This document shows positions 48,301 to 57,414 of a stretch of 64,000 nt of DNA, one piece after another. The notes beneath the pieces were generated by a model. The model made no database searches. It saw only the letters and a list, made by a program, of their open reading frames with translations, and was not told the DNA's origin. The DNA is from Candidatus Fermentibacteraceae bacterium (GTDB lineage: Bacteria; Fermentibacterota; Fermentibacteria; Fermentibacterales; JCC-6). Numbering within the stretch: the first letter of the stretch is position 1; every line of letters starts with the position of its first letter. The translations under genes and the position numbers were made by a program. Location: NCBI GenBank assembly GCA_041750285.1, contig JBGSZS010000004.1, positions 1-64,000 on the forward strand. Reading direction: 5' to 3'.

Positions 48301-49539
48301 ATCCTGGCCCCCTATCTCGAAGATCGTGTCCACCCCGGGGTCGATGTGGACTGCGGCCCTTGCCTGTGCGGTTATCTCGTTCCTCACGGTGTCAGCACCC
48401 ACGAAATCGCCGGTCATGTACCTTCCGCTTCCGGTGGTCGCCACTCCGAGAACTTCGGGTGTTTCGGGAAAGTCGGCCAGGATGCGAACGAGCCCGTCCC
48501 GAACCGCTTCGAGAGGCCTTCCCGCAGTGCGGAGGTAAACCCTTGCCACAACGTTCCCATCGGGGTCGACGGCAGCAAGGTTTGTGCTGATGGAGCCCAC
48601 GTCGATCCCCAGGTAGACGCCGTTGCGGGAAGAACCCGCGCAGACGGAGGGGACGGGCTGGATCGCATGGGGGGCCAGCGGGGGGATGGGTTCATCGTCA
48701 TGCCGGGCTGACAGGGCACCGGCGCCGCTCAGGGCAGCTGCGGACAGGAATGCGGTCTCCCTGGTGACGAGCGCGGCTCCCGCGGCCACAAGGACCCTGA
48801 AATGCCCGGGAACGAAAAGGCGCAGCCCGTCTACCGCTTCCTGAAAAGCCCTTACCATTGCGGGGTTGGCCGCCACTCCCCCAACGAATGCCACGGGCCC
48901 GCGGAACTCCCTGCCCGCTGCGATTGTGCTCCTGAAGTTGCGCGCCACGGCGAAGCAGAGACCGGAGGCGATCTCGGTTACGGTGGCCCCGATCTGTTGA
49001 AGGTGGATCATGTCGCTCTTGGCGAAGACGCTGCACCGTCCCGCAATCCTTGGGGGTTTTGCGCAGTTTTCGGCAAGAGCGCCCATCTCCTCGGGTGTCA
49101 GCCCCAGCCTGGCCGCCTGCTGGTCGAGAAAGCTGCCGGTGCCGGCCGCACAGATCGTGTTCGTCGCAAAATCGTCGAACACGGGCCGGGCCTCGCCGTC
49201 ATGCCGGAACTGGAGAAGTTTGGAATCCTGTCCGCCCATCTCCACTACGCTTCCAGCGCCCGGTACGAACTGCCTGACCGCGGCGGCCAGGGCAACGACT
49301 TCGTTAACGGGCTGCACGCCCAGCTCACGTGCGAGACGCTGGGCTCCGCTGCCCGTCAGGGCCGCGGGCATGGTTTCCCACCCTTCGACGGGAGCATTGC
49401 GCAGAAGGGAAATGAGTGCGGCAAGGGGGTCTCCCCTGTGCCTCACGTAACCTTCCTGTATTATCAAACCGCCTTCGAGCACGGCGAACTTGGCGCTCAC
49501 CGAGCCGAGGTCGATACCGATGACCCGGCCGTCCATCAT
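45400..49539 (-). CDS. 2-hydroxyacyl-CoA dehydratase activase-type fusion (two BadF/BcrAD ATPase domains + DUF2229)
   Basis: GIDLGSVS and GIDVGSIS, two GGQDSK, two CAAGTGSFL, RCSVF/RCTVF, CFPVK, FGCGPD, IDEH. Confidence 0.88.
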   Translation of the reverse strand: MMDGRVIGIDLGSVSAKFAVLEGGLIIQEGYVRHRGDPLAALISLLRNAPVEGWETMPAALTGSGAQRLARELGVQPVNEVVALAAAVRQFVPGAGSVVEMGGQDSKLLQFRHDGEARPVFDDFATNTICAAGTGSFLDQQAARLGLTPEEMGALAENCAKPPRIAGRCSVFAKSDMIHLQQIGATVTEIASGLCFAVARNFRSTIAAGREFRGPVAFVGGVAANPAMVRAFQEAVDGLRLFVPGHFRVLVAAGAALVTRETAFLSAAALSGAGALSARHDDEPIPPLAPHAIQPVPSVCAGSSRNGVYLGIDVGSISTNLAAVDPDGNVVARVYLRTAGRPLEAVRDGLVRILADFPETPEVLGVATTGSGRYMTGDFVGADTVRNEITAQARAAVHIDPGVDTIFEIGGQDSKFISLKDGRVVDFEMNKVCAAGTGSFLEEQAEKLGIPITGFGPLALESPAPARLGERCTVFMETDVVSHQSDGTPLRDIVAGLCVSVVRNYLHRVVGRRTIGKRIFFQGGTAFNQGVVAAFNHVLGKRTVTVPPHHDVTGAIGAALLARDMKPSKSSFRGFSLTGETWHQDSFVCKTCANHCEIHRVTLQDGRKLYYGGRCEKYETGSLQIRTGGESLFGIRGELLRKFAEESDLEPNGPVVGIPEALWFWELYPFFGTFFRELGCRVVTSGPSDSETVHRGVESTAADTCFPVKIAHGHTARLLEMGIDYLFIPSILRNSKAAGEFTESYNCPFVEAAPYLLDAGLSLKERRTPATLKPVLDFSLPGRQWMKPLIEMASSLGFDAETSARAARKASSSQERFRKALLKEGEKALSSIGGRRAFVVVSRPYNGNDPMVNTDLPQKLARLGALVIPMDFLDLPLEEVWKEHGNMYWAYGQKILAAAVAVRRDPRLNAVYISNFGCGPDSFIEHIFTELMGDKPYLGIEIDEHAADAGLITRCEAFLDSLDARAPTGAKPKAQDPVHEASLGGRTLWIPYMSDASHVAAAVARSAGHDAKVSPLTSASTVALGRSVTSGRECYPAIITSGSMMEILRDNPPENTAFFMGTASGPCRFGQYCQYHGMILKRLGYEGVPIVTSSSSDSYSSVEGFSSFNRQKALYQGISLVDNLYRARFRVRPYERVRGETDRVYGEQLEKVCARAEKGLSLGRAAQDAARAFSAIAVDDSVRRPRVAVFGEIYIRNDPYANDNTLDRIEELGGEVVYSPIAEWMEFVNLSFIEKSKRLGRQGGVMTGKIKAGVMAMMKRPVEKPFEKLLADTPHANAEAILRAAEPYMPENIGGEAILCIGAPLALMGHGGIQGAVNVLPFGCLPGTVVTAVSRRIRRDRPDLPWLNLAFDGQEDTDNTSRLEAFMFQVKRYADRNGD

Positions 49540-49692
49540 GCCTCCAAGGGAAGATGCGAGGCTTGAATATACCCAGGAAAGCTCTCCCCCCGCTACTTTT
49601 CCCGCGAAAAGCCGGAAGCGCTCCCGGGCCCATCACCGCCCGACCTTTTTCATCATATAGTTCAGCAAGCTTAACCTGAAAGGGCGGCCAAG

Positions 49693-51396
49693 ATGAGCTC
49701 AGGGGAAGGGAACTGCAAACCGGTTGTCTACGGTTCCGGCGGCGTCGGGGGAAAAGCCTCGGGCCTTTTTTTCGCCATCAGAACACTGGAGGAATCCAGG
49801 CCCGGCGAGGAGTTCGCCCCGATCCCCGTCTTCGTGCCTTCGTTCCGGGTCATCTCGACCGATTACTTCGATGACTTCATCGAGCGCAACGGCCTTCACG
49901 GTTACGGAACAGCTGCCGAGCCCGATGAGCGGATAGCGTCGGCTTTCATGAAGGGCGACATCTCGCCGGTCCTTCTTGGTGACCTGATGAACTTCATCAA
50001 GGATACGCACACCCCGCTGGCGGTACGCTCCTCGAGCCTTCTCGAAGACGCAAGGAACGAGCCTTTTGCAGGCATCTACCAGACGAAGATGATACCCAAC
50101 AACCAGCCCTCTGACGCCGACAGGTTCAAGAAACTGGTGGAAGCCATCAAGTTCGTCTGGGCGTCCACCTTCTTCCAGGCCGCAAGGGACTATCTGGGCG
50201 CCACCGGCCACACCCCCAACGACGAAAAGATGGCCGTGATCCTTCAGGACGTCGTGGGCCGCCGGTTCGACGAGAGGTTCTATCCCGTGATATCGGGCGT
50301 CTGCCGTTCGTTCAACTACTACGCGTTCGGAAGGGCCAGACCGGCCGACGGGGTGGTCAATCTCGCCCTGGGGCTGGGCAAGTCCATCGTCGAGGGCGAT
50401 CCGACCTGGAGCTACAGCCCGGCATATCCCAGGGTGCACCCCCCGTACGGGAACCTTCGGGACCTGATGAAGTTGACCCAGACTGAGTTCTGGGCCGTGA
50501 ACATGGGCAGGCCTCCCGCCTACGACCCCCTGCTCGAAACCGAGTACATGGTGAAGTGCCAGCTGTCCGATGCCGATTACGACAACACCCTGCGGCCGGT
50601 TGCCTCCACATACGACGCCCCGTCGGACCGTCTCGTGCACGGCGTCCAGGCGCAGGGTCCCAGGGTGGTCACCTTCGATCCCGTACTGAAGGACGGGATG
50701 ATCCCGTTGAACGGAATCCTCAGGCACCTCATGACCCTCTTCGAGGAAAAGTCCGGCTCCCCCGTCGAGATCGAGTTCGCCCTCGAAGGGTACGAGCCCG
50801 GCGCACCCTCGAGGCTCGGCTTTCTCCAGGTTCGCCCCATCGTCGCCACAGACAGCATCGTGGAGATCTCCCCTCAGGAGGAACAGGGCCGGAGACTGCT
50901 GCTGAAAAGCTCGAAGGCCATGGGGAACGGAGAAAGGAACGACATCTCCTGCGTTCTCTACATGAAGCCCGGCGCCTTCGATGCGGCACGTACCCCCCAG
51001 ATTGCAAGGGAGATCTCCGAGATGAACCGGGACCTTTCCAGGGAAGGAAAACCATACGTTCTCATGGGTTTCGGCCGATGGGGAAGCTCCGATCCATGGC
51101 TGGGTGTCGGTGTGACCTGGGGGCAGATCTCTGGCGCAAAGGTGATGGTTGAGATCAGCGGAGGGAAGATGAAGGTCGACCTCAGCCAGGGCTCACACTT
51201 CTTTCACAACCTCACAAGTTTCGGTGTGTCATACTTCTCCGTCAGCGAGGCATTCGACGGCAGCATCGACTGGAACTGGCTTGAGAACAGCGGGAGGACG
51301 ATCGCTGAAACGGCTTACCTGAAATGCGTTGAGCTGGAAGAACCCCTTCTTGTCAAGGTGGATGGACGAAAAGGAAAGGGCGTAATCCTGAAATGA
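49693..51396 (+). CDS. PEP/pyruvate-binding (PPDK N-terminal ATP-grasp) domain protein
   Basis: GGKASGL, LAVRSSSLLED..FAGIY, GLGK, VEIEFA, FLQVRP, GRWGSSD, SQGSHFF. Confidence 0.85.
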   Translation: MSSGEGNCKPVVYGSGGVGGKASGLFFAIRTLEESRPGEEFAPIPVFVPSFRVISTDYFDDFIERNGLHGYGTAAEPDERIASAFMKGDISPVLLGDLMNFIKDTHTPLAVRSSSLLEDARNEPFAGIYQTKMIPNNQPSDADRFKKLVEAIKFVWASTFFQAARDYLGATGHTPNDEKMAVILQDVVGRRFDERFYPVISGVCRSFNYYAFGRARPADGVVNLALGLGKSIVEGDPTWSYSPAYPRVHPPYGNLRDLMKLTQTEFWAVNMGRPPAYDPLLETEYMVKCQLSDADYDNTLRPVASTYDAPSDRLVHGVQAQGPRVVTFDPVLKDGMIPLNGILRHLMTLFEEKSGSPVEIEFALEGYEPGAPSRLGFLQVRPIVATDSIVEISPQEEQGRRLLLKSSKAMGNGERNDISCVLYMKPGAFDAARTPQIAREISEMNRDLSREGKPYVLMGFGRWGSSDPWLGVGVTWGQISGAKVMVEISGGKMKVDLSQGSHFFHNLTSFGVSYFSVSEAFDGSIDWNWLENSGRTIAETAYLKCVELEEPLLVKVDGRKGKGVILK

Positions 51397-54300
51397 CTGA
51401 CGAAGCCTCCCGCTCCCAGAGCCTCATAGTTTCCCTCCGGGAAAGGGCAAAGGAACTGAACTGCCTTTACAGGGTTGACGAGATCCTTCTTTCACCGGAA
51501 ACCCTCGAAACGAAACTCCGCCTCGCCGCCGAGGCCATCCCCAGCGGGTGGTACAGCCCCGATCTCTGCGAGGCCAGGATCCTTTACATGGGAACGAACT
51601 ACCAGTCCACAGGGTTCAGGGAGGGCGGCGTGAGCCTCACCGAAGACCTGAACGTTCAGGGGAACACCGTGGGCACCCTTACGGTCTCATACCCGGGCGA
51701 GGCGCCGAAGAACGAACACGGACCCTTCCTCCCGGAAGAGAAGAAACTTGTCAGAACCCTCAGTCAGCGGATCTCCCACACTATCCTGCACGAAAACCTT
51801 GCCCAGGTCTTCCAGGAGGAGAGCCACAAGAGCAAGACATGGCGCGCCGGCACCGAATCGTGGCGTTCGATACTCGAAATGCTCTTCATCACCGACAGGA
51901 AGCTCTACAAAACACTTTGCAGAAGGCTTCTGAACCATCTGAACTTCATAGGCGTCCCGCAGGCCCAGGTGCTTCTCAACAAGTGGGTCGGGCAGACGAC
52001 CGACGGCTCCGAGCCCGACCACGAGGGCATCAACCAGCCCATTCCAAAGCACATGATCGACATCAACCCGCTGATCGTGGAAGAGATACTGGAGATCACG
52101 AGCTCGGTCCTCTCCGACGACCAGTTGATGAAGCTTCTTCAGCGATGGGTGGGAGAGAACCGTATCGAGCATTTCATTAACGTGCTGGACGACCACGCCA
52201 GCGCCATCAGCGAGATCATCCAGGCCATGGATTCCCACAAGACCATAGTGACGGAGGAACTGGCCCTCTCGCCACCGGTGCTCAACGCCGTGAAGGTCTC
52301 GCTCATAAGAAGGTTCGTCAGCAGGAGGCTCGACTACATCAGCACCCTCAAGGACTACGTGACGCTGAACGACTTCTACGAGCTCAGCAAATACCTCGTG
52401 TTCCCCGCGAGGAGCCACGGCCAGCTCGGCGGGAAGGGCGCCGGCATCTTCCTGGCCGGGCAGATCCTTAAGCACGTGACGCAGAACGATCCGGTGCTCA
52501 GCAACATAAAGACCCCCAAGACCTGGTACATCTGTTCCGACGGCATCCTCGACTTCGTTCACCACAACAGGCTCGAGGAGCTTCTCGAGTACCGTTACAG
52601 GTACATCGAGGAGATAAGGATGGAGTACCCCAACCTGATCCAGCTCTTCAAGAACTGCGCGTTCAGCCCCGAACTCATGCAGGGCCTCTCCATGGCGCTG
52701 GACGATCTGGGGGAAAAGCCCCTGATCGTCCGCAGCTCGAGCCTTCTGGAGGACAGCAGCGAGGCGGCATTCAGCGGCAAGTACAAAAGCCTTTTCCTTG
52801 CCAACCAGGGCACCAAGAAGGAGAGGCTCGAAGCCCTTACCGACGCCATCAGCGAAGTCTACGCATCGATGTTCGGCCCCGACCCCATCGAGTACAGGGG
52901 GGAACGGAAGCTCCTCGATTTCCAGGAGGAGATGGGCATACTGATCCAGGAGGTGGTCGGAGCCCACATGGGCGACTACTTCGCACCGGCCTTCGGAGGC
53001 GTTGCGTTCAGCAGGAACGAGTTCCGCTGGTCAAGCCGCATCAAGACCAACGACGGGCTGGTGAGGATAGTGCCGGGCCTGGGCACCCGGGCCGTGGACA
53101 GGCTTGGCGACGACTACCCCGTTCTACTGGCTCCGGGACAGCCCGGTCTCAGGGTGAACACCTCCATCGACGAGACCATCCGCTACGCTCCCAAGTACAT
53201 GGATGTCATCAACCTGAAAAAGCGCCGGATTGAGACAGTCCTCGTCGAGGACATGATCAAGGCCAACGGCAACAACTACCCGCAGCTTGAAAAGGTATTC
53301 TCGGTCTTCCGTGACGGAATGCTGCACCAGGTCAACCCCGTGACCGACTACGAGAACGAATTCGTCATCCCCACTTTCGAAGGGCTCATGAGCGGAAGCG
53401 ACTTCGTTCCAATGATGCGCCGCCTCCTGACGCTTCTTGAACAGAGGTGCGGCTTCCCGGTCGACATCGAGTTCGCGGTCGACGGCAGCAATGTCTACCT
53501 TCTGCAGTGCAGGGCCCAGAGTTCCTGGCAGAAGGAGGAGAACATACAGCTCCCCGAGCGGCCCTCACCCGAGAACCTGCTCTTCACGGCGGAGAAATTC
53601 GTCTCCGACGGGCTTGTACCTGCCGTGACCCATGTGGTCTACGTGGTCCCCGAGGCATACGACAACCTCAAGGACATGAACTCGCTGATCAACGTGGGAA
53701 GGATCGTGGGAAAGCTGAACGGCATCCTTCCCAAGGGCAGGTTCGTCCTGATGGGTCCCGGTCGCTGGGGAAGCAGGGGTGACGTGAAGCTGGGTGTCAG
53801 GGTGACCTACTCCGACATCAACAACACCGCCGCCCTCATCGAGATGGCTTTCCGGAAGGGAAATTACGTCCCCGATCTCTCCTTCGGAACCCACTTCTTC
53901 CAGGACCTCGTCGAGGCTTCGATACGCTACCTCCCGCTCTACCCCGATGATGACGGCATAGCCTTCAACAAGGCTTTCTTCGAGAAGAGCGAGAACTGCC
54001 TCGAGGCGGTCCTGCCGGACGCCGCGGGTTACTCCGACGTGATAAAGGTGATAGACATTCCGGCAGTGACCGGCGGCCGTTTCCTCCGGATAGCCATGAG
54101 CGGCGACGAGGGAAGGGCGATGGCGTTCCTTGTCTCCGAGGAGACGGTATCAGCGCCGGAGGGCATAAGGAAGATCGCCAGCCGCGAGGCCGACCGCATG
54201 AGCGAGGATGAACACTGGATATGGCGCCAGAGGATGGCGGAGAAGCTCGCCCTGGCGATCGACCCCGAGCAGTACGGTGTGAAGGGCGCCTACCTTTTCG

Positions 54301-54611
54301 GAAGCACCAAGAACGCCACCGCCAGCCCGTGCAGCGACATCGACCTTCTGCTGCACATCACGGGAACCGATCAGCAGAAGAAGCTTCTGATAGCCTACCT
54401 CAACGGGTGGGACCTTTGCCTGAGCGAGATGAACTACATCAGGACGGGCATCAAGACCAAAGGCATCCTTGACGTTCACATGATAACCGATGCCGACATC
54501 GGGAACAGGAGCTCTTACGCGTCCAGGATAGGCGCCGTGACCGATCCGGCAAGACCGCTGGACATGATGAAAAGCAGGAGGACGACCGGCCGGGCCACCG
54601 GCGTCAAATGA
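51393..54611 (+). CDS. PEP/pyruvate-binding domain protein with N-terminal sensor-like region and C-terminal nucleotidyltransferase domain
   Basis: LRERAKELNCLY; GGKGAG, IVRSSSLLED, GLGTRAV, VDIEFA, SFGTHFF; YLFGS..SDIDLL. Confidence 0.82.
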   Translation: MTDEASRSQSLIVSLRERAKELNCLYRVDEILLSPETLETKLRLAAEAIPSGWYSPDLCEARILYMGTNYQSTGFREGGVSLTEDLNVQGNTVGTLTVSYPGEAPKNEHGPFLPEEKKLVRTLSQRISHTILHENLAQVFQEESHKSKTWRAGTESWRSILEMLFITDRKLYKTLCRRLLNHLNFIGVPQAQVLLNKWVGQTTDGSEPDHEGINQPIPKHMIDINPLIVEEILEITSSVLSDDQLMKLLQRWVGENRIEHFINVLDDHASAISEIIQAMDSHKTIVTEELALSPPVLNAVKVSLIRRFVSRRLDYISTLKDYVTLNDFYELSKYLVFPARSHGQLGGKGAGIFLAGQILKHVTQNDPVLSNIKTPKTWYICSDGILDFVHHNRLEELLEYRYRYIEEIRMEYPNLIQLFKNCAFSPELMQGLSMALDDLGEKPLIVRSSSLLEDSSEAAFSGKYKSLFLANQGTKKERLEALTDAISEVYASMFGPDPIEYRGERKLLDFQEEMGILIQEVVGAHMGDYFAPAFGGVAFSRNEFRWSSRIKTNDGLVRIVPGLGTRAVDRLGDDYPVLLAPGQPGLRVNTSIDETIRYAPKYMDVINLKKRRIETVLVEDMIKANGNNYPQLEKVFSVFRDGMLHQVNPVTDYENEFVIPTFEGLMSGSDFVPMMRRLLTLLEQRCGFPVDIEFAVDGSNVYLLQCRAQSSWQKEENIQLPERPSPENLLFTAEKFVSDGLVPAVTHVVYVVPEAYDNLKDMNSLINVGRIVGKLNGILPKGRFVLMGPGRWGSRGDVKLGVRVTYSDINNTAALIEMAFRKGNYVPDLSFGTHFFQDLVEASIRYLPLYPDDDGIAFNKAFFEKSENCLEAVLPDAAGYSDVIKVIDIPAVTGGRFLRIAMSGDEGRAMAFLVSEETVSAPEGIRKIASREADRMSEDEHWIWRQRMAEKLALAIDPEQYGVKGAYLFGSTKNATASPCSDIDLLLHITGTDQQKKLLIAYLNGWDLCLSEMNYIRTGIKTKGILDVHMITDADIGNRSSYASRIGAVTDPARPLDMMKSRRTTGRATGVK

Positions 54612-55461
54612 GTTCCCTGTCCGCTCCGGACGGGTCGCAAGGGTCGAAGCTGACAAGCGAGAGCTCCGGTCCGTCATGGGCTGCTCCCAGCACCGTGGTG
54701 GATCCGATGGCTTCCTTCCACACACCGGTGAGCCTGGCGGATTCGTGGATGTGCCCGTGCAGCGTGAGAAGCGGGCACCTCCGGGTGATGAAGCGCCTTA
54801 TGGCGATGCTGCCCACATGAACGTCCAGCGGGACGAAGTCAACCGTTCTGCCATCCAGCGCGGCCCTGTCGAGGCCGGTCCTGTAGGGCGGCGAGTGGAA
54901 AAGGAAGATCGCCCTGGAGAGATCTTCGCTACCGGTCATCGAGGCCAGGTCCTCCGAAATGGTGGCGTAAAGCAGCTCATACTCGGATACCGGCACGGTG
55001 CGCATGCCGTCCGACGGGTGGGAACAGCCGGGGTCGACGAACCTGGAGACGTCGTACCTTTCCCAGTCCTTGAGCCGGAACGGAGTAGGCGGCACATAGG
55101 AGTAACCGTAGACCTGAAAGCCGTCTAACTCGGCCCTCCGGCCGTGAACGTACTCCCAGATGCCAGTCGAGGCGGCGTCGAGGACTGAGGCCTCCTCAAA
55201 CCTGCCGTCGTCGTTCCCAAGGATCAGAAAGACCCTGGGATAACTCTCTCCCATCCTTGCGCGAAGCTCATGAAAACGACGGGAAAGGTAGTCGTTCACG
55301 AAATCACGGTGCTCGTTCTCGAAAGACATCAGACGGACGGGGCCGGGAAGCAGGTCACCGCCCATGAAGAGCGCTGAAGGACGGCGGGCCTCGATCATCC
55401 CGAAAAGCTTCTCGTAACGGCTCGTGCTGCCGTGAAGGTCTGTCACGAAAAAACAGTTCAT
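54604..55461 (-). CDS. Calcineurin-like metallophosphoesterase
   Basis: DLHG, GGDL, GNDD, HSPP, HGHIHE. Confidence 0.85.
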   Translation of the reverse strand: MNCFFVTDLHGSTSRYEKLFGMIEARRPSALFMGGDLLPGPVRLMSFENEHRDFVNDYLSRRFHELRARMGESYPRVFLILGNDDGRFEEASVLDAASTGIWEYVHGRRAELDGFQVYGYSYVPPTPFRLKDWERYDVSRFVDPGCSHPSDGMRTVPVSEYELLYATISEDLASMTGSEDLSRAIFLFHSPPYRTGLDRAALDGRTVDFVPLDVHVGSIAIRRFITRRCPLLTLHGHIHESARLTGVWKEAIGSTTVLGAAHDGPELSLVSFDPCDPSGADRELI

Positions 55462-55476
55462 GCCGGCGAAGATAAG

Positions 55477-55502
55477 AAAAGGGGGGCCCGAAGACCCCCC
55501 CC
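55477..55502 (-). terminator. Putative terminator after gdh
   Basis: G6/C6 stem followed by TTTT on the minus strand. Confidence 0.45.
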
Positions 55503-55516
55503 TGGACACATGGGGC

Positions 55517-56803
55517 TCAGATCCAGCCCCTCACCCTGCAGGCCTCCACAACGCGGTTGACGCTGATGATGTAGGCGGCGTCGCGCATGTAGAGCTTCTG
55601 TTTCCTGGCAAGCTCGCTGACCGCGAGGAAGGCGTCGGTCATCTTGACGTCCAGCTTGCCCAGGACCTCGTCCTTGGGCCAGAAATAGTTCATGTTGCAC
55701 TGCACCTGCTCGAAGTAGCTGCAGGTGACCCCGCCGGCGTTGGCAAGGAAGTCGGGGATCATGAAGATGCCCCTCTCCTGGATGACCTTGTCGGCTTCGG
55801 GGGTCGTGGGGCCGTTGGCGCCCTCGGCGATAAGCTTCACCCTGCGGGAGATGCTTTCGACGTTGTCCTTGTGGATCTGGTTCTCGAGGGCGCAGGGGAA
55901 GAGGATGTCGACGTCCTGGTTGATCCACTCGTCACCCGGAAGGACCTCGTAGCCAAGGCCCCTGGCCTTGTCCTTGTTTATGCCGCCGAACTTGTCGGTG
56001 ATCCCCATGAGGGCGTCGATGTCGACTCCGTCCATCTTCCTGAACGAGTAGCTGGTCTGGTCGGCCTGGTCCCAGCTGCTGACGCAGATGACGGTACCAC
56101 CGAGCTGGTTGTAGAGCCTTATGGCGTACTGGGCGACGTTGCCGAAGCCCTGTACGCTGGCGATCGTGTCGGAGGGGCGGATGCCCAGTTCCTTGAGGGC
56201 TTCGCGAACCGTGAATACCACGCCGTAGCCCGTGGCCTCGGTGCGGCCCAGTGAACCACCCATGCCGACCGGCTTGCCGGTGATCATGCCCGGGTACTTG
56301 GCGCCCGTGATGGCCTCGTACTCGTCCATCATCCAAAGCATGTGCTGGGCGTTGGTCATAACGTCGGGGGCGGGAACGTCCTGCAGGGGACCCACGTTGC
56401 GGGCGATCTGACGGATGTAGCCGCGGCAGATCCGCTCCTGTTCCCTCTGGCTGAGGTCGTGCGGGTCGCATATGACGCCGCCCTTGCCGCCGCCGAGGGG
56501 AATGTCCACCACGGAGCATTTCCAGGTCATCCACATCGAAAGGGCCCTCACCGTGTCAACCGTTTCCATGGGGTGAAAGCGGATGCCGCCCTTGGCGGGG
56601 CCGCGGGCGTCGTTGTGCTGGCATCTGAAGGCCTTGAATGTCTTGACGGTACCGTCATCCATGCGCACCGGGACACTGAAGTGGTACTCCCTCATGGGAA
56701 ATCTCAGGAAATCCCGGGCGCCCTGGTCCAGTTTGAGGTAATCCGCCACCTTGTCAAACTGCTCCTGTGCCATTTGGAACGCGTTGAAGGTTCCGGTTGA
56801 CAT
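55517..56803 (-). CDS. gdhA: Glu/Leu/Phe/Val dehydrogenase, probably glutamate dehydrogenase
   Basis: GPAKGGIRFHP, MTWK, GGGKGG, DVPAPD, GRTEATG, QGFGNV, EGANGP, NAGGVTCSYFE. Confidence 0.92.
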   Translation of the reverse strand: MSTGTFNAFQMAQEQFDKVADYLKLDQGARDFLRFPMREYHFSVPVRMDDGTVKTFKAFRCQHNDARGPAKGGIRFHPMETVDTVRALSMWMTWKCSVVDIPLGGGKGGVICDPHDLSQREQERICRGYIRQIARNVGPLQDVPAPDVMTNAQHMLWMMDEYEAITGAKYPGMITGKPVGMGGSLGRTEATGYGVVFTVREALKELGIRPSDTIASVQGFGNVAQYAIRLYNQLGGTVICVSSWDQADQTSYSFRKMDGVDIDALMGITDKFGGINKDKARGLGYEVLPGDEWINQDVDILFPCALENQIHKDNVESISRRVKLIAEGANGPTTPEADKVIQERGIFMIPDFLANAGGVTCSYFEQVQCNMNYFWPKDEVLGKLDVKMTDAFLAVSELARKQKLYMRDAAYIISVNRVVEACRVRGWI

Positions 56804-57042
56804 CAGAAACTCCTCTCTGTGTGAATGCCCCCCAACGGACCGCCCGTTGGACAGGCCTGTTTACAAACCCTGTAATACTTTACCCAACATGCCGTTACTG
56901 ATCAATTGAGAATGTTTGTGCGGTAAGGATACAGAGCACCACAAATCTACGAAAAAAGACTTCGGCCGGGAAGTGTCTGTCAATTCACAGCTGTTATGCC
57001 AAGCTCTAAAGGCCTCGTTTCATTTTGTTACAGCCGTGTTGA

Positions 57043-57384
57043 TCAGAACTCGTAACCAACGCTCAATTCATCTTTTGAGAAGAAGATGGACACGATCTTG
57101 GCCTCGGGGGCCCGTGCGATCGATTGAAAATCGAAGCTTTCCTCAACGCCGTCCGCCACCCAGGAAAGGTTGCACTGAACCTCGCCCGGCGGCAGTTCGA
57201 GCCGGGAAGGGAACGACTCGTCGGCTTCGATGTCGCTCCAGCTCTGGGATTCCCCGCCTATGGTGAGCGTAACCTCGTCGAGGGCCCGGCCTGTGCCGTT
57301 GTTAAGGGAGATCTTGCCCGCGCCGCCGCATGAAACGGCGAGAAGCAATGTGCAAAGAGCAATGGGAACGAACCTTGTTTTCAC
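57043..57384 (-). CDS. Small hypothetical lipoprotein
   Basis: GTG start; lipobox LAVSC. Confidence 0.6.
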   Translation of the reverse strand: MKTRFVPIALCTLLLAVSCGGAGKISLNNGTGRALDEVTLTIGGESQSWSDIEADESFPSRLELPPGEVQCNLSWVADGVEESFDFQSIARAPEAKIVSIFFSKDELSVGYEF

Positions 57385-57414
57385 GACTGCTCCCTTCAGG
57401 AACGATTTTTTCCC

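Noticed and set aside
51687..52967. 426-aa minus-strand ORF and similar antisense ORFs (12310..13302, 32823..33956, 49699..50727)
   Set aside because: Shadow or alternate frames of well-supported genes.
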